Made by a program: the position numbers and the translations under genes. 64,000 bases of DNA from an uncultured Phycisphaerales bacterium (lineage in GTDB: Bacteria; Planctomycetota; Phycisphaerae; Tepidisphaerales; Tepidisphaeraceae), in assembly GCA_963844715.1 (NCBI GenBank), contig CAWJPJ010000006.1, positions 320,001-384,000 of the forward strand. Reading direction: 5' to 3'. The notes beneath the pieces are model-generated. The model saw only the letters and a list, made by a program, of their open reading frames with translations, was not told the origin of the DNA and did not search any database. Below are positions 54,089 through 64,000 of this stretch, in pieces. Every line of letters starts with the position of its first letter. The first letter of the stretch is position 1.

Positions 54089-55829
54089 GGGGCGATCATC
54101 CGCCTTGCCACGAAATCCCAGTCGGTGGCGGAGGTCTGTGGGACGATGCTTGTCCGCCGCACGAAAAGCTGGACTGCGGGGCCATCGAACTGGCCGGTCG
54201 AGGCGAGGGCCATTGCGGTGCAGGTCAGGTCATTGATGAGCAGATGAAAGATCGTCGAGACCAGTTGCGCCGGGACGGCAAAGTATGCCGCGTTTTCGGC
54301 GATCAGTTGAGCATAAGCGATCGTGGCCAGGCATTTTCCCAGGGCGAGATTAGCTTGAATGTTTTTCTCAGCGCCACACTCGGGCAGACTTGAGAGGAGT
54401 AGTTGAAAAGCCTTTGCCTGTTTGGCGAAGAGTCGGACGTTGGGGATGGCGGTCAGAGGCTTGTATGAAATCAGGTAGTGCGAGAATGGGATGGTATTCA
54501 GGCCGCCGGTGCGGGCTTCAAAAGAGGTATGGATTTCCCGGCGGCGTCTCTGGGGAGGCGGCGAGCGAACTTGGAATTGGCAACTCGGCGGCAGCGCGAT
54601 CGAAATATTGTGGGATGAATTGGGCCGTCAGGGTGAGGTTGATGTGAGTGCTGCCTTCGAGGCCCGGGAAAAGCTGCACATCCCGCAGGGCCATTTCGAA
54701 ATAAGTGTCGGCCTCGAAACCCTTGGCGCCGATGCATTCTGACAGCTGGGAGACGACCTTGACGCCTTCGGTGCTGACTTTGGCCTTCTGGACGGCGCAA
54801 TAAAGAAGATAGCGGCGGTCCGCGGCGCGGGCAGCTTGCAGGTAGTCGAGGGCGCGGTAGGCATAGAGCTTCATTGCCGTCAAGCGGGCGTAGGCTTGGG
54901 CCATCGCGAATTGGAGATGAGGCATGGTGATGGCCGGCTTGCCGTACAAAATCCGGTGATTCAGGTGTGTGCCAGCTTCGGCGAGGGCGTGCTCACAGAT
55001 TCCGAGCGAGCCGAAGGGGAGAAAGAACTTGCCGAGGGTGATGGCGCCGAAGATTGCGTCCCAGGCATCGCGTCCAGCGGCGATCACGTCGCTTTGGGGG
55101 AATTCATGTTCTTTGACCTCGAACTCGCCGACGAAAGCGCTGCGCACGCCCAGGGTGCGGATTTTCTGGCGGCGCGGAATCCTTTGGATTCCTTGGGGCG
55201 CAGGGCGAACAGGATGGGAATGCGCGGCGAGAAGAAGCACCCGTTGAACGCTTATCCTGTTTGCTGGCGAGGATTGTGATGAACGATGCGGCGTTGGCGT
55301 TGCCGATGTAGTACTTGCTGCCTTGCCCTACCAATCGGCCCGAGGCCAACTCGCGCACGGTGAATCCGTTGGCGAGGAGATCGGAGCCGTGGTCTTTCTC
55401 GGAGACTGCAAATGCCAACAGGCCGCCCTTCTCGAGGACGGCCAACGCTTCTTGTTTCAGTGCGGGGTTGTTGCCGAGGAGGACGGCGAAGAGGCCCAGC
55501 GATGTGACTTGAAGGCTGTAGCCGTGGGCGGGACTGAAATAGCCGAAGACTTCGAGGAAGCGGGAATAGGTTAGGACATCCAATGCGAAGCCGCGGTCTG
55601 GGGATTGCGCCGGCGCGAGGACTGAGGAATAGAGCCGGTGTGATGCCTGGAACTCGAGCCAATCTCCATACCATTGCTGGCGTTCATCCTCCGTCTTTAG
55701 GGGTTCAACGCCTTTTGCTTCAAAAAAATCCGCGAGCTTCTGAGTGGACGGATTATCGAGATAGACCCGCGATTCAGCGGACTGAGGCGCCGTCGAAAAT
55801 GTTTGGGGGTAGATCCAATCAGATGGCAT
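54085..55829 (-). CDS. Acyl-CoA dehydrogenase family protein (frameshifts ~55170, ~54520)
   Basis: FAVSEKDHGSDL, GSKYYIGN, GAKGFE, LEGS; stop overlaps the plsC-like GTG. Confidence 0.82.
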
Positions 55830-55946
55830 ACGGCGGCCCCAATTGGCGACCTTTGAGCCGGGTTCCAGAGCAGCTTCATCTGTTCAACTTGACCGGCTGG
55901 CCCAGCCGCCGTAGCCAGCGAATATTCAACATACGAGTTATTTGGA

Positions 55947-56237
55947 TTAGTAGGAACGGCGAATCGTGGGCCGTTCGTGCGGGGCACGTGCGCGGACGAG
56001 GTGCCATATCGTCGTCGCGGCCAGGGCAGCGAGGACGGCGAAGAGAAGACTCCACAGATTGAAATGCGTCACGGGCGAACCGCTGACGAGGCTATAGAGC
56101 CAGCCGCCGATGAAGCCGCCGGTGCCGCCTACAGCGATGCTAAGGCGCGGGTCGTCGCCGTGAAGGTTGACGATCCTGGTGGCGATGAAAGCGAGAACGA
56201 TGCCGCAGATAATCCAACCGAAGACGCCGATCAACAT
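55947..56237 (-). CDS. GlsB/YeaQ/YmgE transglycosylase-associated membrane protein
   Basis: GWIICGIVLAFIA, GGFIGGWL, FNLWSLL; AGGAG SD. Confidence 0.82.
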   Translation of the reverse strand: MLIGVFGWIICGIVLAFIATRIVNLHGDDPRLSIAVGGTGGFIGGWLYSLVSGSPVTHFNLWSLLFAVLAALAATTIWHLVRARAPHERPTIRRSY

Positions 56238-56506
56238 AAGTCTCCTGTGAAAAGGTGGTCGAGTTGCCGGAAGGCGCGTACGGCTCGTGGCGCTTTGGTA
56301 GCCGGGAGCAGCAGCGCATTTCGTATATTGGCGATCGCCAGCAGCCTCTGGCACGCAGGTGGGAGAAAGGCGAGGGAGGCGGGAGCGGTTACGGGTGGCA
56401 ACCCTGGGCCGTGGCTCGGTCGTCGTCAGCCGGGTGAATCGTAGAGTGTTTGGGGGGAATAGATAGCTAAAAATGGGCGGTGGATGGGTTCTGTGGCTGA
56501 CGGACG

Positions 56507-56548
56507 GGGAAAGTGGATCGCGGTGCTGCGCACCGCCGCTAAATGGGG
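56507..56548. repeat. Isolated terminal motif of the dispersed element
   Basis: cgcggtgctgcgcaccgccgctaaatgggg identical to 41989 and 44039. Confidence 0.85.
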
Positions 56549-56584
56549 AGACAATCGAAATTCAGCCTCTAATCGATATTGAGA

Positions 56585-57143
56585 TCAGGAATTCACGCGG
56601 GCATAAACGCAGGTATCGCGAACGGATTTGTCGGGGGCGAGGCACTGGTTCCGCAAAATTCCCTCCAACTGAAATCCGAGCCGTTCGGGGACGGCGCGGC
56701 TCTTTTGGTTTCTGGATTCCATGCGGATTTCGACACGCTTCACCGGGACGATTTGTTTCATTGCGTCCATTAGGGCCCCTACCGCTTCGGTCATGAAGCC
56801 TTGGCCATGGTGGCTGGTGCGCAGCCAATAGCCGATTTCGTATTTGGCGATTTCCCAGTTGAATTTGAAGGCGCTGACGTTGCCTAAGTATTGGGATTCG
56901 TCTTTTAGGAAGATGAGATAGACGAGTTCCTCGCGATTGATGAATTTTACGGCGGCCTTGCGATACCACTCCTCGGCGTTGTCTGGGCTGTAATCGTCGG
57001 TTGCCCAGAGCATCCAGGGTTGTAAGCCCTTCAATGATTCGCGGACTACGGGATGTGCGATTGCGCCATCGCCTTGTGCGGGGGCGCATGAACAAACGGG
57101 GTGTGGATAGGCTTTCGGGGATGTTCAGTAAGATTGGGTTCAT
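56585..57143 (-). CDS. GNAT N-acetyltransferase, RimJ/RimL type (frameshift ~57075)
   Basis: STPRL, EIGYWL, GQGFMTEAV, N.KSRAVPERLGF.LEG. Confidence 0.85.
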
Positions 57144-57299
57144 GGGTGCCTCCGGGGTCGTGCTGATCGGGATGTTCTTGTTGCGGCTCACGTTTTGTGC
57201 GCCTGAAATTCGAAGGCGAATGCAATGGGGGAGGGTGGGGACCAACCATATACGGTCCGGTGCAGCAAGCTACACGGGCTTCGCGGGGAAATGCAACTG

Positions 57300-58257
57300 T
57301 TAGGATTGCGGGGCGGGGGGACTGGGCGCGGAGGGGATGGGGCATGGGTCGGGGTTTTTCTTGGGGCGGAAATCATTGGAGCCTCGCGGGACTTTTAATA
57401 GTTCGATATCAATCTCGCTGTTGATCTCGCCGCCGATTAGTAGAACCAACGCTATCACATAGAAGAACAGGAGCAGGATGGCTGCGCCGCCTACGGTGCC
57501 GTAGGTCTGGTCGTAGCGGGCATATTTGTCGACGTAGACTCTAAAGAGGACGTCGAGAATGATCCAGACCAGGACGCTGAAGAGGGCGCCGGGGGTGATG
57601 ATTTTCATGGGGTGGCGGATGGCGGGGCCGAAATGGTAGATCATGGCGACGATGCCGATCATGAGGAAGACGGCGACGGCATATCTGAAAATATCGAAGG
57701 CCCACAAGACCGGAGTGGTGACGAAATTCCAGCGGATCAGGAGATGCTGGACGCCGCTGCTCACGGGAAGAAGGAGGAACACGAGGATAACCAGGACGGT
57801 CGCGAATAAAGTGAGCAGCATGGCCAGAGGGCGCTGTTTGTAAAACGGGCGGAATTGTTTCAGGTCGTAGCATTGGTCCAGGGCGGACATGGTCATGGAC
57901 ATGCCGCCGCTGGCAACCCAAAGACAAAGGATGAGACTGATTCCAAGCCAGCCGCGGTGCCGCTCCTGAAGGATGTTGGCGACGTTGTCGTTGATGGTCG
58001 GGGCGGCTTTGCCGAGAGTGTCGGAGATGAAATGGGTGACGGTTTGTTGGCGCCGAGTCGCGGGCATGTTTGGGGAGATACGGGACGAGGCTGAGGAGAA
58101 GAATCAGGAAAGGAAAGATCGCAAAGAGCCATGAATAGGCCAGGGCGCAGGCCCAGACGAGGACATTGTCTTCATTCATCTGCTGGAAGACGCGCTTGAT
58201 GAACGTCCAGACGCCGATGGAGCGCAGGACGGGGCCGACGTCTTTCAGGGATGCCAT
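57300..58257 (-). CDS. YihY/BrkB-family membrane protein (frameshift ~58060)
   Basis: ALAYSWLFAIFP, TPGA, YDQTYGTVGG, LLIGGEIN. Confidence 0.87.
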
Positions 58258-58907
58258 ATGGGGAGATTGTTGGAAATCGAAGTACTAAAAGCAACCGTTG
58301 AAAAGTGCGGACAGAGTTATGAGCTATTGCGCGCGGTCCGAGGAGGGAAGGCACGATCATCGGCACCTCGCGTTTGAAAGTCGTGTATTCTTCGCCGAAT
58401 TCGGTGGTGAGGAGTTCCTCTTCCCAACGGACTTTGAGGAAGCAAGAGGCGATGAACATGGCGAGGCCCAGAAGTGCGTCGCCGGTTTCGGCGGCGATGG
58501 CGCCGCCGAGGGCGCCGGCGATGAGGCCGGTGTAGATCGGGTGGCGAACCAGGCGGTATGGGCCGGTGCGGATGAGTTTGTGGCCGACTTTGAGGGTGAT
58601 TTTGCCGCTCCAGTATTTGCCGAGATGGGCGCGGGCCCAGATGGAAAAGAGGAGCCCCCCCGCCGTCAGGAGATCGCCTAGCCAGCGGACGACGGGCAAG
58701 CGGAAAAGTTTTCCGTAAAAGATGGGATGGTCGCCGCCATGGAGGATGAGGAATACGCCAATGTACATGAGCATGCCGTGGACGAAACTTCGTTCACGGG
58801 TTTCGACATGCTTAGATCGATGGGCGAGATTGCGCGGCGGCAACCCAGATGGCGAGCCAGGCGAGCCACATCCATCCGTTGAGTTGAAGGGGTGATGGCC
58901 AGTTCAA
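58172..58907 (-). CDS. Isoprenylcysteine carboxyl methyltransferase family protein (5' frameshift; 3' end uncertain)
   Basis: WAR.HLG.YWS, HKLIRTGPY.LVRHPIYTG, EE..L...FG.EY. Confidence 0.8.
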
Positions 58908-59648
58908 ATTCTGAAATTCCCGCTCCCCAGAAAATGGTTTGCCAGAGAGGCGATGCCGTTCATGAGATGGACGCCATCATCGGCGTTAAACGATGAGTGG
59001 AAGGAACTGCCGAGAGGTGCGGCGCCGGGTGCATCGAAATCGACGAGCCCCGAGGTGCGGCGGGCTTCTCTGAGATCTTGCATTTCCACTTCGCGAGCGT
59101 GCTCGAGGCCGCCGGAGGAAATGAACTGGATGATCTGCTGAATTTCATCGCGATCGAGCCATACGCCGTGGGGCTGGCAGACGTTGATGACGATGCCGGA
59201 GTGCTCGGCGTAGTTCATGCGGTTCATGATGTTGGCGCACTGGGGACATTTGAGATATCTGACCGTTGGGTTGAATTCAACGGGGGCGGGAAGTTTCAAA
59301 CCCGTGGCGGTCTCGCGGGCCTGGGCATCGGAGCAAATGTGCTCGAAAGTTGGAGACGTCGATCCAGAGGCCGCCACACTGCGTGCATTCCTCAAGGGGC
59401 GTTTTCGCGATGTGAATGGCATGGAGATTGATGGTGCAGCGCGGGCATTTGCGCGAAGTTTCAGCGCCTTCCTGGATGTCCTCTGCACAGGCGCCGCAAT
59501 GGGGGCAGAATTTTGTCCCGGCGAACATCATCCCCATGCACTTTGGGCAGGCCACGGTCTGCAAGAAGGCATGGCAATACTGGCACTGGGTCGCATTGGA
59601 ATCGACCGCCGCGCCGCAGGATGGACAGTTGAGCGTCCCAGCCTCCAT
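58904..59648 (-). CDS. Multi-zinc-ribbon protein, DZR + zf-TFIIB-like (frameshift ~59350)
   Basis: Repeated CxxC; C..CGGLWID, C..HGVWLDRDE. Confidence 0.8.
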
Positions 59649-59757
59649 CAGGAGAAGATTATACACGAAAACCGGCGGCGGAATTCCATTTGGTCAAATG
59701 TAAACGATCGGTAAGCATTCCCGCCAACCGCGCACCCCAATTAAGGGGCAGTGATCC

Positions 59758-61170
59758 TTGCGCGGCCACTACCGACACACCAAAATTATTGCAACGATAG
59801 GCCCGGCGACGGAGAGCCCGGAAACACTCTCGAAACTCATTCTTTCCGGGGTGGACGTTATTCGCCTGAACATGGCACACGGAACTGGGGATTGGGTTCG
59901 CGATCTCGTCAAGCGCATTCGGGAGGTTTCAAAGGAAGTCCAGCGGCATGTGGCGGTGATGATGGACGTGAAGGGTCCGGAAATTCGGACGGCGGCGATT
60001 CCGGAGCCGATTGATTTGAGGATTGGGGAGCTATTTGAGTTTCACACGTCAGCGGCAAGCGAGGGGATTCGGAGCGTGGGGGTGAATTATCCGGGGCTGC
60101 CTAACGATGTGCGTGTGGGGGCGACGGTGCTGGTGGATAGCGGGCTGATTCGGATGGAAATTCTGGAAAAAGATGAGACGCATGTGAAGTGCCGGGTGCT
60201 GACGCCGGGGAAATTGGGGTCGCGGCGGCACATCAATCTGCCGGGAGTGGAGGTGAATCTGCCGGCACTGACGGAGAAGGATCAGAAAGATATCCGGGTT
60301 GGCGTCGAGGCGGGGATGGATTTCGTGGCGATGAGCTTTGTGCGGCGGGCGGATGATGTGAAGGCGCTCCAGAAACTGCTGGAGAGTTTGGGGTCGAAGG
60401 CTCGGATCATCGCCAAGATCGAGGATCAGTGCGGGCTGCGGAATCTGGAAGAGATCGTGAAGGTTTCGGACGCGGTGATGGTGGCGCGCGGGGACTTGGG
60501 GATTGAGATCGACTATCACACTTTGCCGATCGTCCAGACGCGGATTGTGGACCTTTGTTTGACGGAGGGGAAGCCGGTCATTATCGCGACGCATTTGCTG
60601 GAGTCGATGATCAGCGCGCCGATGCCGACGCGGGCGGAGATTTCGGACGTTTGCAACGCGGCGCGGGAGCGGGCGGACGCGGTGATGCTTTCGGGGGAGA
60701 CGACGACGGGGGCGTATCCGCTGGAATGCGTGGAGGTGATGAAGAATATCGTGACGACGGTGGAGCCGACGGAGAAGCGGAAGATCAATGAGTTGATCAA
60801 GCTAACGGACGCGAAATCGTTCATGCTTCGATCGGCCGCGCGACTGGCGCAGGAAATCGGGCACTCGGGGATTGTCGTTTTCACGCGCAGCGGGTCGCTG
60901 GCGTATACGCTGGCGGCGCTGCGGACGGTGGGTGTGCCGATTTATGCTTTTACGGATAATGAGGCGCTGTTTCGGCAGTTGCTTTTGCCGTGGGGCGTGG
61001 AGCCGTTTTTGATGCCGTTCAGCGAGGACCCGGAGGAAACGATTTTGAACGCGCTGGCGTATCTGAAGCGGCGTGAATGGTGCGACCCGGGGACGTGGCT
61101 GGTGGTGATCACGAACGTATTGGCGCACGCCAAGACGATCGACGCGATTCAGCTTCGGCAAGTGGAGTAG
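59758..61170 (+). CDS. pyk: Pyruvate kinase
   Basis: TKIIATIGP, RLNMAHG, KGPEIR, AKIE, MVARGDLG, PTRAE, MLSGET. Confidence 0.96.
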   Translation: MRGHYRHTKIIATIGPATESPETLSKLILSGVDVIRLNMAHGTGDWVRDLVKRIREVSKEVQRHVAVMMDVKGPEIRTAAIPEPIDLRIGELFEFHTSAASEGIRSVGVNYPGLPNDVRVGATVLVDSGLIRMEILEKDETHVKCRVLTPGKLGSRRHINLPGVEVNLPALTEKDQKDIRVGVEAGMDFVAMSFVRRADDVKALQKLLESLGSKARIIAKIEDQCGLRNLEEIVKVSDAVMVARGDLGIEIDYHTLPIVQTRIVDLCLTEGKPVIIATHLLESMISAPMPTRAEISDVCNAARERADAVMLSGETTTGAYPLECVEVMKNIVTTVEPTEKRKINELIKLTDAKSFMLRSAARLAQEIGHSGIVVFTRSGSLAYTLAALRTVGVPIYAFTDNEALFRQLLLPWGVEPFLMPFSEDPEETILNALAYLKRREWCDPGTWLVVITNVLAHAKTIDAIQLRQVE

Positions 61171-61217
61171 GGCCAAGCGGTTTACGGGCGGCGAGAAGAG
61201 TGTTATATCGGCGAGGT

Positions 61218-62000
61218 ATGTTCGAGGAACCGGGCGAAGAAAAGCACGAGCCGTCGATGAGTCCCATCGATCGGGCGCGGAAGAAGTCGGATGAGTTCCG
61301 CATGCATGCGGAGTTGGCGGCGGTGTTTGAGGAGATTCGCAAAACGGGGGCCGAGCTTCGGGCGAATCTGAGCGCGGATTTGGCGCGGGAGATTCAGCGC
61401 ACGATGGGGAAATTGGAGAAGTCGAAATCGCCGCAACATCCGGTGCTGCCGGAGGGGTCGGGGGCGGATGCGGCTCACTTGCTGAATCTGTATCAAATCA
61501 AAGAACTATCCACCAACGATTACCATGTGCATCGGCGGCCGGGGGAAATGATGATTGTGCGGTGGTTGCAGGGAGACGAAGTCGAGGCTTTTTACGAGCG
61601 GCTCCAAGCTCATTTCGATGCGGCGCTCGAGGGGCACAAGGAGGATGAACGGCAAGCGCATGAATGGAAACAGTCGGCTGACGCCAAGGCGTATTCGGCG
61701 GCGTTGGAGAAACTGGATGTGAAGATGGCCGAGCGCGATCTGCGGAAGGAAATCCGGGAGCACAGGATTTATGTTTTGTCGACGCAGTCGGCGGATGAGA
61801 TGAATATCGCGTATTTGAGCGATTACATCATGAATATTTCGCCGGCGGAATTGGTTGGGGAGGCGTCGGCGCCGCCGCACGATCCGTCGGAAACGGATTT
61901 GGCCTGGTTTTTTAAACTGTTTTCGCTGCGGGGCATCCGTGAGGGGGTGGAACAGATGTGTTTCTTCGCGTTTTTGCAGAAGTCGGATGATTCGTTTTGA
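61218..62000 (+). CDS. Hypothetical protein (260 aa)
   Basis: Long open frame with globular composition, GAGGT before ATG. Confidence 0.75.
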   Translation: MFEEPGEEKHEPSMSPIDRARKKSDEFRMHAELAAVFEEIRKTGAELRANLSADLAREIQRTMGKLEKSKSPQHPVLPEGSGADAAHLLNLYQIKELSTNDYHVHRRPGEMMIVRWLQGDEVEAFYERLQAHFDAALEGHKEDERQAHEWKQSADAKAYSAALEKLDVKMAERDLRKEIREHRIYVLSTQSADEMNIAYLSDYIMNISPAELVGEASAPPHDPSETDLAWFFKLFSLRGIREGVEQMCFFAFLQKSDDSF

Positions 62001-62019
62001 AGCTGATCGAATGCTCTCT

Positions 62020-62397
62020 CTAAGGCGTAAATTGCATTTCCGCCGAGGCCTGGTCGCCGTTGCAGGTGACCACGACGGTTGCCGTTCCGGTTTTGGCGGC
62101 TTGGCCTACGGTCCAGGTCCAGGAGACTTTTCCGCCGGCGTCGGCGGCTTTGTCGCCCAGGCCTTTGGCGGTGCTGATTTTTCCCGAGGGGGTGACGCAG
62201 ATGATGGAGCATTCGGCGCCGGGGGCAACCTGAACGGTGACGGCGGCGTCGTGGCCGTGCGCGGCACCGACGACGGAGAGAAAGACGATCTTCGGGGGCT
62301 GGCCCTCGTCAGGAGCGGTCGTGGATGGACTGGTTTGGGAGATAGCCGCGCCAGCGATAGCCAAAATCCCCAGCAGGAATGCGGTGAACCTATGCAT
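62020..62397 (-). CDS. Secreted small beta-rich protein
   Basis: Signal peptide, GKVSWTWTVG motif, AAGGA SD. Confidence 0.7.
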   Translation of the reverse strand: MHRFTAFLLGILAIAGAAISQTSPSTTAPDEGQPPKIVFLSVVGAAHGHDAAVTVQVAPGAECSIICVTPSGKISTAKGLGDKAADAGGKVSWTWTVGQAAKTGTATVVVTCNGDQASAEMQFTP

Positions 62398-62649
62398 GGG
62401 TCTAAATCCTTCCTCGGTTCATGCATTCTAACGTAATCCTCGGGGCGATAGAAAACGTTGCGGAAGTGGGTTTAGGGTGCTGCCGGTGTTCATTCCACTG
62501 GTGGGAATCGCCGGGATGATGGGCGCTGTTTACATCGTAGCGCCTTTCTAGGAAGCGTTCCTATTCTATGTCTACATCAGGCCTTCCAGCAATTCATCGG
62601 CGTTGCGCTAAAGTAATTCACATGGGGGATGACGATATGAAACTTTAAT

Positions 62650-63947
62650 GTTGAGTAGTTTTCATGAAAGCTATTTGGGGGATGGGACTTGGGAGCTTAC
62701 GGAGAGCGCGCTCAGTTTGCGGCCGATCCGCTGGTCTCGGCTGGAACGACGCCGGCCACGCTGGCGGCGGAGGTGCCCGTCAGCGGGCATTTTATGGCGA
62801 GGAACTGATCCGCTGGTTCGGTCCAGACGCCTCCGCGTGAAAGGCGATCTGGTTCTACGCGGCGCTGTGGGCAATCGGCGGCGTGAAGCCTGACGGATAT
62901 GGAGGGCGATCCAGCCCGTGCGGAGGCGTTATTTGGGGAGGCCGATGGATGGCTGCGCTGTGCGGAGGATGACTCATCGCATCGGAGGATCTGATGCTTG
63001 CGTGTCTCGAATCTTGCATTCAACCTGCGGAATTAACTGGCACGGCGGAGCTCCGGCGCGAGAACGGCGCCATCGACAGTCATGGGGAGTGCATAAACCG
63101 GTGGCAGGGGAGCCGCGTTTGGACCTTGTGAGCGGCTTCCGGAAAATCGATTTCATCTCTGGGCCGCGAACGATCGGCTCGTGGCGAAAATCTATAAGCC
63201 ATGCGAAGAAGAAATCGACGGGGCCCGGCTGGTCGATCATGCGCGTGCGAAATTTGTACGCGCGACGATGTTCGCTCCATCGATCCATCTGCGTTGGGAA
63301 TCGATTCCGTGCGGCGTTCATCACGGCAAGGCGTGCAGCGCGGCGATCATTATGCCGGCTTCCCTGGGCAAGCCGGTTGGATCGCGCGATCGTGCGCGCG
63401 GACGAAAGCGGGCTGTCGCGTTTGGTTGAGCTGCTTTTCCAAAGCCAGCGGCAGGCAGAGGGATCGCTGGTGCCCGCCTCGTCGACGATGGAGTTGTCGT
63501 TAAAGAGCGGCGACGCGCGGATTATGAAGCTGGTCGGCGCGGCTGGAAGCCGGTGGCCGGAGCCTTCTGGGGCTGTGGCAGGAGTTGCAAGCCTGGCGGG
63601 TGCCCCTGATGGACGAGATTCGTTTGCGCGATTGGGCCGGAACGTGCATGCAGACGCACGGGGACTTGGCGGCCGACAATATATATATCGAGGGCGAAGA
63701 GGTGCACCGACTGGATCCGTGCGCCACATATGCGGACCAATTTGAATTGGACAGGGCGGTCGATTGGGCGGATCTGGTGGTCACGCTGGGAAGCATTCAG
63801 GGCCAATACAAGCCCGGAGAGTTGATCGAGCGCGCCGCGGCGGAGGCAGGCACCTCGCGAGAGTTGATGGTGCACTACGTCGCCCGAACCGCGCTGATTC
63901 GGGTGACCATGCGGGCGTTGGGGCGAGAAATGGCCGGAATCATTTAG
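62650..63947 (+). pseudogene. Multiply frameshifted aminoglycoside-phosphotransferase-like kinase
   Basis: Fragments VAKIYKP, LPWASRLD, HGDLAADNI..RLDP..ELD...D.ADL; 5' boundary uncertain. Confidence 0.5.
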
Positions 63948-64000
63948 AGCCTCTAACAAAAATGCACTTCCCCATGTTTATGGTTGATCGGACAATACGG

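Overview
GC-rich bacterial chromosome segment, most likely a Planctomycetota of the Phycisphaerae/Tepidisphaerales type. This is inferred from the PEP-CTERM proteins, Ser/Thr kinase-WD40 protein, C-terminally extended ECF sigma factor and TM plus CxxC-zinc-ribbon protein; it is not proven. The window holds core genes (def, fmt, mnmA, serS, rpsL, rpsG, icd, pyk, plsC-like, tRNA-Gly-GCC), several TPR/glycosyltransferases, five sorting-signal (PEP/VPLP-CTERM) surface proteins, two Ser/Thr kinases, three toxin-antitoxin-type pairs and one intact IS5-family element with a CTAG duplication. More than 20 genes are split, mostly by single-base homopolymer indels, which looks like long-read error rather than biology. 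The main signals the ORF track does not explain are: (1) a 42-aa single-TM ORF between rpsL and rpsG, in an str operon that continues into serS instead of fusA; (2) a palindromic repeat inserted in frame into a ketoacyl synthase; (3) a modular, nested system of 7-/9-mer inverted repeats, including 20-bp hairpins inserted inside other repeats; (4) a dispersed ~400-bp structured element between accessory genes; (5) a tandem triad of an unrecognised PEP-CTERM family with 3' homogenisation; (6) a reversed RES/Xre module whose stop codon is the IS target; and (7) many apparently leaderless genes. No CRISPR array, rRNA, integrase or reverse transcriptase was seen.
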